A DNA stretch of 63,126 nt, filler included, from Craspedostauros australis (GCA_030167865.1; 7 parts of 7 records of this genome joined end to end with filler, not necessarily neighbours in it); one strand, 5' to 3'; numbered from the whole stretch's first letter, positions 44,992 through 55,976 are shown. A program made the numbers and translations. Notes: generated by a model not told the origin, from the sequence alone.

Positions 44992-47709
44992 CCCATCGGT
45001 GACAACATCGTGGCCATCATCGAGATGCAGCTCAAGGATCAACCACATGATCTCCAATATGCTCTATCAGTCGCAGCCTACATTCGATCAACCTTCGATA
45101 TCCATGTGCTGCAGGTGGTGTTGCAGCATGTGGATGATCACGGCGGGCTGGATATGATGTTCCACAGAGGACGAGAAGGAGTGACAGCAGAAGGAGGAGT
45201 CGCGCAGATGACCATACCGGAAGCTTCCGCATGGACGATCGATCGACTGCACTCTGTTCTGGACAAGGCTCTTCTGGAGGGCCTCGTCACGAACTCCATC
45301 GGCGAGAGTCGGTATCACTTCGCACATGATCGTGTCCAGCAGGCAGCACATGGGTTGATTCCGTTTGGTGAGGCCCGCAACAAGCTTCGGTTGCAGATCG
45401 GTCACTGTCTGCTGGACATATACCGAAAGTCCAAAACGACAGCAGCCGCAGCAGCAGCAGAGACATTGATCGCTGATCAAGATGAAGATCAAGAGGAAGA
45501 TCAACAGGGACACGACGATGCCGAAGGACCTACAGGCACCAATCATGCAGGCCACCATCATCATCATCATCATCACCAGCAGCAGTATGATCAGCATCTC
45601 ATCAGAGATGTTGATAGTCTGCTCTTCATTGCGGCTGATCATCTCAACAGCATGCCAACCAAGGATCATCTGTTCCTCGTCACCTTCAACCTCGAAGTCG
45701 GCCAGAAGGCACTCCAGATGGCCGCGCTGTCATCAGCGGCCACCTACCTGAAGAAGGCATCCGTAGCGCTGCAGCGCGTGCGCAATCCATGGGAGGATCA
45801 TTACGATCTATGTCTGGAGGTGTTCCGATGCCGATCGGAGGTGGAACTCTCGTTGGGCAACTTCGAGACCGGTCATAACATTGGCAATGCCATCATCAAG
45901 AAGGCACGGACGCTGGATGACAAGCTCCCGACCTACTTCGTCATGGCCAAGGCACTTGGACGAGAGGGCAAGGTGGCAGAGTCTCTTTCGATGAGCCTAT
46001 CCGTAGCGCGGAATTTGGGCGAGTCTCCTCGACGGTTTTACCTTTTCCACGTGGCGAATGATCTCATGCGGATCAAGGCCTTCCTCAAGAACAACACAGA
46101 CGAGGACATTCTGAATCTCCCGGTTCAAAGCGAGTTCAGAACAATCATGGCGATGAAGTTCGTCCACGAAACTGAATTCCGTTCCTTCTTCTCTGGTGCC
46201 TGGCTGCAATGGCTTGTGCACGCGCTGAAACAGATCCGCATGACATTGCGATGTGGCATCTGCGATGACTCTGTACCAGCATTTGCGGTGCTGAGCATCA
46301 TCTTCGATATCTGCAACGAAGATCGAAGTTTGGTCATGCGATGTGCTGGCATTGCGCACAAGCTCTTGCGGGTCGTAGGTGGGCCGGAAGAGATTGCTTG
46401 GGTTCATGCAGTCGCGTCTGCAGCGATCTACGTAAGCAGTGAGCCCCGTAGCAAATGCACCAACGCCCTGAACCAAGGTTATTCCCTTGGAATGGAATCT
46501 GGGAACTTCGAGCTAGGACTGTTGAACCTTCAGAGCTGCACCGCGTTGAAGTTTTACTTGGGATGCAAGCTTCAGCCTTTGGTGGGAAGTCTGGAGCATG
46601 TCCTCCGGCAATACCAAGTCTACAATGTCAAAATGAACAGTGACCTATCTGTGACATTATTGACGGTGGCGCAATACTTGACTGGTGACCAACCAATCGA
46701 TTGGGATGCCATCAAGAGACACACACAGCAGGACCTGAAGAAACGTGTCAGTGACACAAATTGGTTGGTAGCGAGATACCCTGCTTTGCTATTGCCGACC
46801 ATCTTCTTGCGCAAATACGAACTCACACAGCAAATGACGAAGCTGTACTATGGCTTGCCAGACCACTCCAAGAACTATGGCTACGAGATGACCGTCATCC
46901 TCGCCCAAGGACTCTCCTCGTCGGCCTTGTATCTCGCCACAGGCAAGGCCAAACACAAGAAGGAGCTGAAGCGGCAAATCGGCCTTGCCAGAGCCTTTGT
47001 CATCAACAAGGGAAGCAATGCAACGAGCCTCTTGCAGTTGCTCAAGGCCGAGAGGCTCTCCCTGAAGGCCAAAGGATCCGACCTCGCAGCCATCCGCCGC
47101 GCAGAAGACGCCTACGCCGTGGCCATCGTCGTGGCTCAGAAGGCATCGTTGATTCATCATTGCGCCATTGCATGCGAGCAAGCTGCCGAACACTTCATTC
47201 GAGCGCTCGGGAGAGTCGCTCGCAACAAGCCCAGCCCGGACATGTACGCTTTGCGGACCTCTCTCCACGATTCAATCTGTAAGTATATGGCACAAGCTGT
47301 ACAATACTACAGGGAGTGGGGCTGCTCCATCAAGGTCAAAGATATCCAAGACCGCAGATCCAAGTACTTGGACATTGGAGATGGGCGTGGCGAAGCGCAG
47401 CTTCAAGGTGGTGACCACAAGAATGCTCATCAACGGGTTGTCCAAGTCGACATCCACAACACAATGGGGTCCATGGCTGATGCACCGTCTTCACGAAATG
47501 GACGATCATCGAAGTGGCGGGCTGGAGTGGATGTGAACGGTCACAAGACCAAATGGATGCAAAGTTCAGGGAAGGGCAGCGTTTCCGGGAGAGGGGGCGG
47601 CATGGGGCACATGTCCAACGATCATAGCGGCACGATGCAGCAAAGCCATCGTCTTGAAGAAGACCATGAAGACGATGGTGTTTCCGTGTTGACGGATGTG
47701 TCAGGTTGA
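44992..47709 (+). CDS. STAND NTPase paralog A, C-terminal half (winged helix plus helical/TPR-like repeats)
   Basis: YHFAHDRVQQAA, AADHLN..NLEVGQKA..SAATYL..WEDHYDLCL, A.ACEQAA, YREWG..KV. The first ~160 bp overlap the reverse complement of 40857-41016. Confidence 0.88.
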   Translation, partial: PIGDNIVAIIEMQLKDQPHDLQYALSVAAYIRSTFDIHVLQVVLQHVDDHGGLDMMFHRGREGVTAEGGVAQMTIPEASAWTIDRLHSVLDKALLEGLVTNSIGESRYHFAHDRVQQAAHGLIPFGEARNKLRLQIGHCLLDIYRKSKTTAAAAAAETLIADQDEDQEEDQQGHDDAEGPTGTNHAGHHHHHHHHQQQYDQHLIRDVDSLLFIAADHLNSMPTKDHLFLVTFNLEVGQKALQMAALSSAATYLKKASVALQRVRNPWEDHYDLCLEVFRCRSEVELSLGNFETGHNIGNAIIKKARTLDDKLPTYFVMAKALGREGKVAESLSMSLSVARNLGESPRRFYLFHVANDLMRIKAFLKNNTDEDILNLPVQSEFRTIMAMKFVHETEFRSFFSGAWLQWLVHALKQIRMTLRCGICDDSVPAFAVLSIIFDICNEDRSLVMRCAGIAHKLLRVVGGPEEIAWVHAVASAAIYVSSEPRSKCTNALNQGYSLGMESGNFELGLLNLQSCTALKFYLGCKLQPLVGSLEHVLRQYQVYNVKMNSDLSVTLLTVAQYLTGDQPIDWDAIKRHTQQDLKKRVSDTNWLVARYPALLLPTIFLRKYELTQQMTKLYYGLPDHSKNYGYEMTVILAQGLSSSALYLATGKAKHKKELKRQIGLARAFVINKGSNATSLLQLLKAERLSLKAKGSDLAAIRRAEDAYAVAIVVAQKASLIHHCAIACEQAAEHFIRALGRVARNKPSPDMYALRTSLHDSICKYMAQAVQYYREWGCSIKVKDIQDRRSKYLDIGDGRGEAQLQGGDHKNAHQRVVQVDIHNTMGSMADAPSSRNGRSSKWRAGVDVNGHKTKWMQSSGKGSVSGRGGGMGHMSNDHSGTMQQSHRLEEDHEDDGVSVLTDVSG

Positions 47710-48882
47710 TCTCACAACGTGAGTGCAAAATTGGCATGATGTCCATACTGCCTGCACATCGCGCAGCATAACAATAGTAAGAAAGCAGAGCATTACGCCA
47801 TTGTTTCGTTATTAAAATGCGCAGCAACTTGAAGAGCACGAGTAACAATGTGCTCAACCAGTAGGCGTCATGGCGGTGCTCGCTTCATGTCGTTGATGAA
47901 GGCACGGGTGCAGCTCATACGATCGCATTTGTAGCGTATCGCAGACGGGGTTGCTTACAGCTGTAGGTCACCATAGCACATGGTGGAGCCTTGACCACAG
48001 AACAAATGTGCGTTTGCGGCAAGCCACTTCTCGAACTCGATGCGAAACATTCCACGTGAATCGAAGGTATCATGAGTCATACTTCGGACGGTTAATTAAA
48101 CTGTGACTGATCAGTCCCTATTCACAACATGTTGTTGCGCAACCGGACAGACACACCTTGTATCAGAAAGACAAAGAGCAAACATACACTTTGGTAGAAT
48201 GACAGACAGATTGGACATCCGTCAACACCATTCTCCGTGTCCACATTTGGTGGATTTGGACAATGCAACATTTTCGCTTGGTCTTGGTTGTTGTGGGTAG
48301 ATGAATACGATCGAACAGCCACCACCGACGGGGAGCTTGATCTTTCACGATGGCTCCAACAGTTTTCCTGCAGAGGACGAGGGATGACGAACGCTCCCAT
48401 AACGTGTTCAAACCAAGCATAGCACGGTCCCGGCATGTACGGCTCAACAGGTGAGCGTTTTCACTGATTTGTACGTGACAATTGGTGTGAAATGCGTGTC
48501 TCTCGCTTGGTTCGAAGGTTGCTGTTGGCAGAGTATAGTATAGTATCTCGGTTTGCGCCATCACCAACAATTGCTGAGGGCATCACAAGCCCCTGATTTG
48601 GAGCAGAGTAGCGGATTGTAAGTCCAGAGCAAATCGCATGTTCTTCAGGTGCGAGAGCATGTGCAACAACTGTGGCATCACAGCTGTGGCATCAACTCCA
48701 AGCGATTGCTTATGCTCCTATGCGGTGAATCAGCAAACTAGACACTCTGAGCCGATGCAGAAGAAACATGGAGTCAGTTGGAATTCGTGTGCGTTTGCAG
48801 ACAAACCGGAGTGGGCCATGTGGACTGCCGGCTTCTGATAAAGACCGATTGATGCAGCTCACTGGGCTTGAATGCAGTTGAC

Positions 48883-49297
48883 TGTTAGAACTTGTTACGG
48901 TGAATCGAGTAGAAGTGTTGTACTAATCTGAACTTGTTGTATTATGAGTTAGTGTTGCTATAGGCAGGATGAAGAAACGATATTCGTTGCGTTGGAACGG
49001 CTCTGCACTGATCCTCATGGTTCGGTGCTGAGGAGAGACTGTACTTTCCCCTTTTCCTTCTCCTCTTGATTTCTGGCGATGTCATGCAGGAGGTCGTGTG
49101 GCTTCAGCAGATGTTGAAGCGATGGGAGCTCTGCAGCCGGAGTCAGCAGCTTGGACCTGTATCAAGATTCCATTGCTGTGGTTGAAGCAGTGTGGATTGC
49201 GCGCGGCGAAGCTGGCATAGTAAGTGGACGCCGTGGCAGCAAAAGGAAATCCAGGTAGGCCTATCTGATAAGATCTGGGGAGCATATAGTTCCCACA
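48883..49297. mobile_element. Candidate LTR (~415 bp)
   Basis: Termini TGTTAGAACT...AGTTCCCACA form an 8/10 inverted repeat with TG..CA ends. No target-site duplication seen. Confidence 0.4.
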
Positions 49298-50506
49298 TGC
49301 GTTGGTTGGTTTAGACGGACCGTAGCATAGGAATCGGGAATGGTTAGTGACTCAAAAGAGGGGAGGACAAGGGAATGTCTGGCAGTCGTCGGGTTTGGAC
49401 GATTGCGCGCCAAAAGCAATTTCAAGCGACGACACAGGACACTCTAAAAGGAAAGTGGTCGATTCTTAGATGAACCTCAACTGAGTTTGGGTCTCCGCCG
49501 CTTCACATCCTACACTCTCTCCCCAGAGAGACAGGAATAGTAGTACTCATGGGAGTGTACAAGCGCTGCGCGAGAAAGGAGATGGAAAAATGGTGCGGTG
49601 ACAAAAGCTATTGGAGCGTATGGTAGGCAGCGGAAATGAAGTCAAAGGAGTCAAATGGGGCTGCAACAAGGAATGACTGTGAAGACGGGAAGAAGAACAA
49701 CAAAACAAACACATGGTGGTGGTCGCGAGAACAACAGCAGTAGGAGCAAAAGGCTCATAATCCCAAAAGTAGAACAGGACACATCATCGATACACACCAC
49801 ACTCCAACAAAAGCGCAATTTCCATCCACCCTGCCAACGCTTGTGTAAGCTGGTATAAGCACGTGATATAAATGAATAAAATATTGTAACGTGTGTTTCG
49901 TATCAGCCACGTTTTACTGTCCACACTATTTCATTGATTGTGAGAGCCGTCCTGTTGACAAGACTGAATAGATACCAATATTGTTGATATATACTTTATC
50001 GACGTATATCCCACAAGGATGAATGAGTGAGCCAGGAACGACAAAATCACGAACAACACATAACCCCATAATAGGAGAATCTCAGGGAGATCGTCGAGAC
50101 GCCACTGCCTTATGTGTTCACAACATCCTGCTCCCACTCTGATCATTCAGCCAGTATCGCAAAGAACTTGTCCATCTTTGTGGGCGGTGAGAGGCATCAT
50201 TCTCGGCATGAACCCTGTATGGTCGAAGTATGAAAACAACAGAACGCTTCCGCCCCCAGCACCGACCAACGAGATGGAACACTTGGCACTTTCCATGCTT
50301 CGGTACGTGCCCATGGAGTTCCACCAATCATCGCTTCGATCATCATGGTTTCCCGTGTCAATCATGCTCATTGTTTCCACAAAGAGTCCATTCTTTCATC
50401 GGAGTGGCCAATGCATTTCACAGTATTCCACGCAGCTATCGACCAAACCGCAGTTTGAGATCAGATCAGATCAGACCACACATACCAGAAGGCGAACACT
50501 AGCAAC

Positions 50507-53500
50507 ATGAGAGCCAGCCAACAGGTCACCTCAGGATCGGCGGAGAAGGAGTGGTGTCCTGTATTGGCAGATGCCAATGCATCGCCAAGACAAGGCGGCC
50601 CGATAGCTCCGTCGTCGGCGCTGCCGCATCCTCGTAGATCCAGCTGGACGGTTGACACTGAGTGTTCATCTTCATCGACATCTGCATCCACAGCTGCGCG
50701 TGCGGCATCGTCGGGAAGACCTCCGCACGTCCCGAATCAACTTAGCGCTGACTTCTTCTTCTTCGGAAGAGATGAAGAGCTGCAGCATCTGCGCAACACC
50801 CGACAGCGCATCCACGACAACCAACCCATCTTCCCAGCTGCCTTGGTTTGGGGAACCAGCGGAACCGGAAAGTCCCTGCTCATCGAGCACTTTCTCAATC
50901 GAACATGCTGCTCCTGCGGGGTCAGAGGTCAGTTGAGCAAGCAATCAAACAAACCCGCAGATCAGCAGCAGTCGCCATCACAAGGTTCACAACAACGATG
51001 CTCCTGCTGCTACATGATGCGTGGAAAGTACGACGAGTACACAGGCAACAAGGATCCATTCTCCGCCATCATCCAAGCACTCGATGACTTCGCGACCCAG
51101 CTCCAACAAGGATCTGCTGACGAGCTCGAGCGAGTGCGACGATGCGTACAAAGCGCATTCGCCACAGACACCGACGTCGCCGACCAAGACCAAGACAACA
51201 TCACTCACGACGACTCGGTCAGCCAGATGCACATCGGCACTCCGGCTCACAATCACTCGGCCATGGCAGCTTTGATCGCAGTCGTCCCATCTCTGTCGAT
51301 ACTGGTCTCCGACACTGTGGGATCATCCTCGAGTGTCATGACCGGCACATCAACTCCATCAAAGAGAAACGGGCAGCGTGCCACATCCAACAATGACCTG
51401 AGCAATCGATCCGTATCCACCAACAGCGTGCTTGGCCACGCCATGTCGGAGGTAGTTGACGTTGGCGGAGATACCAGTAACAACGCAGCCACAGCTAACT
51501 CCCAGAGTGCATGGAACCGGCTCTGCTACATCTTCATCCAGTTCATGAAGGCCATCTCCACTCCNNNNNNNNNNNNNNNNNNNNNNNNNNNNNNNNNNNN
51601 NNNNNNNNNNNNNNTCCCATCTCTGTCGATACTGGTCTCCGACACTGTGGGATCATCCTCGAGTGTCATGACCGGCACATCAACTCCATCAAAGAGAAAC
51701 GGGCAGCGTGCCACATCCAACAATGACCTGAGCAATCGATCCGTATCCACCAACAGCGTGCTTGGCCACGCCATGTCGGAGGTAGTTGACGTTGGCGGAG
51801 ATACCAGTAACAACGCAGCCACANCTANCTCCCAGAGTGCATGGAACCGGCTNTGCTACATCTTCATCCAGTTCATGAAGGCCATCTCCACTCCGCAACG
51901 ACCCGTCTACCTCTTCCTTGACGATCTGCAATGGTCATCCGCAGCCGGACTNGANCTTCTGGCNTCCCTTCTCACCGACACTGGTCTCAACGACTTCATG
52001 TTGCTCGGTGCGATCCGACAGGAGACAGATCCTCACAACCATCAAGCGATGGAGCTCTCGCCATATGCACCCTTGCAAACATCGTTTCTCGACCGGCTGC
52101 TGTCCCAGGATGATGTCAACATCGACGTCAACCAGAGCACCAGACAACTGGAGCAGATCACTTTGGGTGATTTATCCGTGACAGACTGCACCCAGTGGCT
52201 GTCTCGCCTCCTTCATCGATCCCGCGATGACGACGACCTCAAGGTGCTGGTATCCAAGATCCACAACAAGACNCACGGCAACGTCTACTTCACGCTNCAG
52301 GCCATCGAAGAGCTCAAGAGACGGGGCATCATCCTCCACAATCGCAACTCCAAGAGATGGGAATGGGATCTGAATCAATCCACCGGTGGCGGTAGCGATC
52401 TTCCCATCGGTGACAACATCGTGGCCATCATCGAGATGCAGCTCAAGGATCAACCACATGATCTCCAATATGCTCTTTCAGTCGCAGCCTACATTCGATC
52501 AACCTTCGATATCCATGTGCTGCAGGTGGTGTTGCAGCATGTGGATGATCACGGCGGGCTGGATATGATGTTCCACAGAGGACGAGAAGGAGTGACAGCA
52601 GAAGGAGGAGTCGCGCAGATGACCATACCGGAAGCTTCCGCATGGACGATCGATCGACTGCACTCTGTTCTGGACAAGGCTCTTCTGGAGGGCCTCGTCA
52701 CGAACTCCATCGGTGAGAGTCGGTATCACTTCGCACATGATCGTGTCCAGCAGGCAGCACATGGGTTGATTCCGTTTGGTGAGGCCCGCAACAAGCTTCG
52801 GTTGCAGATCGGTCACTGTCTGCTGGACATATACCGAAAGTCCAAAACGACAGCAGCCGCAGCAGCAGAGACATTGATCGCTGATCAAGAGGAAGATCAA
52901 GAGGAAGGTGAAGAGGGACACGACGATGCCGAAGGACCTACAGGCACCAACCATGAAGACCACCACCAGCAGGAGCAGCAGCAGCATGATCAACATCTCA
53001 TCAGAGATGTTGATAGTCTGCTCTTCATTGCGGCTGACCATCTCAACAGCATGCCAACCAAGGATCATCTGTTCCTCGTCACCTTCAACCTCGAGGTCGG
53101 CCAGAAGGCTCTTCAGATGGCCGCGTTGTCGTCAGCGGCCGCTTACCTGCAGAAGGCATCCGTGGCGCTGCAACGTGTGCGCAATCCATGGGAGGATCAC
53201 TACGATCTGTGTCTGGAGCTGTTCCGATGCCGGTCGGAGGTGGAACTCTCGTTGGGCAACTTCGAGACCGGTCACAACATTGGCAATGCCATCATCAAGA
53301 AGGCACGGACGCTGGATGACAAGCTCCCGACCTACTTCGTCATGGCCAAGGCACTTGGACGAGAGGGCAAGGTGGCAGAGTCTCTTTCGATGAGCCTATC
53401 CGTAGCGCGGAATTTGGGCGAGTCTCCTCGACGGTTTTACCTTTTCCACGTGGCGAATGATCTCATGCGGATCAAGGCCTTCCTCAAGAACAACACAGAC

Positions 53501-55108
53501 GAGGACATTCTGAATCTCCCGGTTCAAAGCGAGTTCAGAACAATCATGGCGATGAAGTTCGTCCACGAAACTGAATTCCGTTCCTTCTTCTCTGGTGCCT
53601 GGCTGCAATGGCTTGTGCACGCGCTGAAACAGATCCGCATGACATTGCGATATGGAATCTGCGATGACTCTGCACCAGCATTTGCGGTGCTGAGCATCAT
53701 CTTTGACATCACTAACGAAGATCGTAGCCTGGTGGTGAGATGCGCAGGCATCGCGCATCGGCTACTGCGGAAAGCAGGACAGCAGGCCAGTTCGGTCTTC
53801 TCCATCACGGCAGGTTGGATTTACCCGTCAAGCGAGAAGTTCTTCAAGTGCGTCAAGTCCTTGGACAGGGGTTATTCGCTTGCGATGGAAGCCGGTGAGG
53901 TTGAGTTGGGATTGACGAATCTCCGATTCCGAGATGCACTCGCATTCTATGTTGGCTACAAGCTCCAGCCATTGGTAGATGCTCTCGAAAACACGCTGCA
54001 GCAACACAAGGTTTACAACGTCGCTTTCAGCAATGAGATCACGATTGCATTGTTAATGATGTCGAAGTACTTGACTGGTGCTGATCCAGTGGACTGGAAT
54101 ACCATCGAGCGCAAGCTACAAGATGATGTCAACGACATCTCGGCCAGGACGACCGAAGTCCACCGGCTAATCGCCACCTACTCCGGTCTGCCGTTGATGG
54201 CCGCCACATTCCGAAAGCACGAACTTGCGCAGCGAATGCTGAAGCTGTACAACGGACTGTCAGAAAACGCCAAGGGATACCATTTCAACTTATCAGCCAT
54301 ACTGGCACAAGGGCTCTCCGCATCCGCCTTGTACCGCAGCACCAACAAGGCCAAATACAAGAAGGAGCTGACGCGACAAATTGAGATCGCGAGACACCTT
54401 GCCAAAAAGGGAAGCAATACGATGAGCCTCCTACAGTTGCTCAAGGCAGAAAAGCTATCTCTAAAGGGTTCGACATCCCGCATCGCCACCATCCGTCGAA
54501 CTGAAGATGCATACAGTGTCGCCATCATGATGGCTGAGAAGGCATCGCTGACGCACTACTGCGCCATCGCATGCGAGAGGCTTGCGGAGTACCTAATTGG
54601 AGCCGCCAAGGCGCTTCCTCGCGACACATCAGGTGCAAGCGATCAATCCTTGCGTCCCCTACTTAATGAATCCATCCGCGCCCACATGACCCGAGCCCTC
54701 AACTTCTACAACGAATGGGGTTGCTCCATCAAGGTGAAGGACATTCAACAACGAAGATTCCAGTTCCTGTCGGCGGATGCCAGAGACGAGATGCCGACGC
54801 AGTCGAAGAGCAATGGCCGAGCCACGCGGATGGTCGATACAGCCATGGGCGGTAAGCAAGGCTTCGTGGCCGGCCTGGTGGTCGCCAATCATGGGGCGCA
54901 GAGATCTCGGAACGGCCTGGACATCAGCGCACATGGCGGCAAGCGCGCGCAAAGCTCTGCGAAAGGCAGCGTATTCGGTAATGACGGCATGATGTCGTTC
55001 AGGTCCAGCGCACATGGGGAAATGTCACACGCGCACAACAACAGTCACAATGACGACGATGGCGACAGCGAAGATGATGTGTCGGTGCTCACGTATGGAT
55101 CACATTAG
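50507..55108 (+). CDS. STAND-class NTPase (AAA_16/COG3899-like) plus helical/TPR-like repeats, paralog B, full length, apparently intronless
   Basis: Same motifs as paralog A in one ORF. ~110 of the 1533 aa come from the overlap duplication at 51285-51894. No kinase, GAF or His-kinase domain recognised. Confidence 0.9.
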   Translation: MRASQQVTSGSAEKEWCPVLADANASPRQGGPIAPSSALPHPRRSSWTVDTECSSSSTSASTAARAASSGRPPHVPNQLSADFFFFGRDEELQHLRNTRQRIHDNQPIFPAALVWGTSGTGKSLLIEHFLNRTCCSCGVRGQLSKQSNKPADQQQSPSQGSQQRCSCCYMMRGKYDEYTGNKDPFSAIIQALDDFATQLQQGSADELERVRRCVQSAFATDTDVADQDQDNITHDDSVSQMHIGTPAHNHSAMAALIAVVPSLSILVSDTVGSSSSVMTGTSTPSKRNGQRATSNNDLSNRSVSTNSVLGHAMSEVVDVGGDTSNNAATANSQSAWNRLCYIFIQFMKAISTXXXXXXXXXXXXXXXXXXPSLSILVSDTVGSSSSVMTGTSTPSKRNGQRATSNNDLSNRSVSTNSVLGHAMSEVVDVGGDTSNNAATXXSQSAWNRXCYIFIQFMKAISTPQRPVYLFLDDLQWSSAAGXXLLXSLLTDTGLNDFMLLGAIRQETDPHNHQAMELSPYAPLQTSFLDRLLSQDDVNIDVNQSTRQLEQITLGDLSVTDCTQWLSRLLHRSRDDDDLKVLVSKIHNKXHGNVYFTXQAIEELKRRGIILHNRNSKRWEWDLNQSTGGGSDLPIGDNIVAIIEMQLKDQPHDLQYALSVAAYIRSTFDIHVLQVVLQHVDDHGGLDMMFHRGREGVTAEGGVAQMTIPEASAWTIDRLHSVLDKALLEGLVTNSIGESRYHFAHDRVQQAAHGLIPFGEARNKLRLQIGHCLLDIYRKSKTTAAAAAETLIADQEEDQEEGEEGHDDAEGPTGTNHEDHHQQEQQQHDQHLIRDVDSLLFIAADHLNSMPTKDHLFLVTFNLEVGQKALQMAALSSAAAYLQKASVALQRVRNPWEDHYDLCLELFRCRSEVELSLGNFETGHNIGNAIIKKARTLDDKLPTYFVMAKALGREGKVAESLSMSLSVARNLGESPRRFYLFHVANDLMRIKAFLKNNTDEDILNLPVQSEFRTIMAMKFVHETEFRSFFSGAWLQWLVHALKQIRMTLRYGICDDSAPAFAVLSIIFDITNEDRSLVVRCAGIAHRLLRKAGQQASSVFSITAGWIYPSSEKFFKCVKSLDRGYSLAMEAGEVELGLTNLRFRDALAFYVGYKLQPLVDALENTLQQHKVYNVAFSNEITIALLMMSKYLTGADPVDWNTIERKLQDDVNDISARTTEVHRLIATYSGLPLMAATFRKHELAQRMLKLYNGLSENAKGYHFNLSAILAQGLSASALYRSTNKAKYKKELTRQIEIARHLAKKGSNTMSLLQLLKAEKLSLKGSTSRIATIRRTEDAYSVAIMMAEKASLTHYCAIACERLAEYLIGAAKALPRDTSGASDQSLRPLLNESIRAHMTRALNFYNEWGCSIKVKDIQQRRFQFLSADARDEMPTQSKSNGRATRMVDTAMGGKQGFVAGLVVANHGAQRSRNGLDISAHGGKRAQSSAKGSVFGNDGMMSFRSSAHGEMSHAHNNSHNDDDGDSEDDVSVLTYGSH

Positions 55109-55976
55109 GGGGGGACGCTCTCGATAAGATATGCAATGGTGTGCAACCTACATATGCCCCGCATGATTTGGGGTTGTATTCAAAATATTTTTGTAGAATA
55201 CTCTCAAGAGAATAAGGCATGTAATAATGCTCTGTAAATACTGTCTCGACGAGCAGAGAAAGATAGTTCCGCACTAGTAGGTCCTGGACCGCTAACAACA
55301 GTTGGACGTTGCTGGATTTTCATACAAAATCCATCAAACGCCAAACACGTCAAAGACATAGTACATGTGAACGCGAGTTCATTCATCATTGTTTTTTACT
55401 AAGCTTTGCGTTATTCCCTCTGACGAACTGCTTGTCGCGAAGTATGATATTTTATTTCATTCTATTTTGTTGCGTGCTATGTCCAGGACATGCCCTGAAA
55501 TCGTACGGAACTGCGTGTGCGATGGTTGACCGTCGCCATCTCATGATTGGCAAAATAATGCGCAGGTTGCGTGTTTCGCCAACTGCTTGGACGAATGCTG
55601 TGGCGCAAACACCAAGTTGATGACAACGGACCCCTTTTGTGTTTCTTGTCATTCAAATTATGCTCCGCGCCGTTGGTGGTGGACGGCATCAACGACGACG
55701 ACGACGAGGATTTCACCCGCCTGCACGATGCCAAGGCGCATGGTCGAAATGGTGGTCGCATGGTATGGTGCCATAATGCTACATACGAGTCGAGAAGAGA
55801 GAGGCTGGCCCAAATTGACATGGCCGTGGACTTCTTTCTGTTCAGAAGAATGCGACTCCGTCTTTCCTCTCATCATTGTTGGATGTATCTATGCATGCAT
55901 GGATCAATCATTCGAGTACCATACGCCACAGAAACATGCATGCATGTGTCCACATGCTCTGCCCATCGGACAGTCT

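Noticed and set aside
10430..51894. Direct repeats flanking ~50-N gaps (10430/10530, 11068/11171, 15491/15693, 37121/37247, 41506/41991, 51285/51615)
   Set aside because: The same sequence ends one contig and starts the next. These are unmerged overlaps or haplotypes, not tandem duplications or protein repeats.
40857..52560. Apparent large inverted duplication or third STAND gene
   Set aside because: Explained by scaffold 5 being in the opposite orientation and overlapping scaffold 6.
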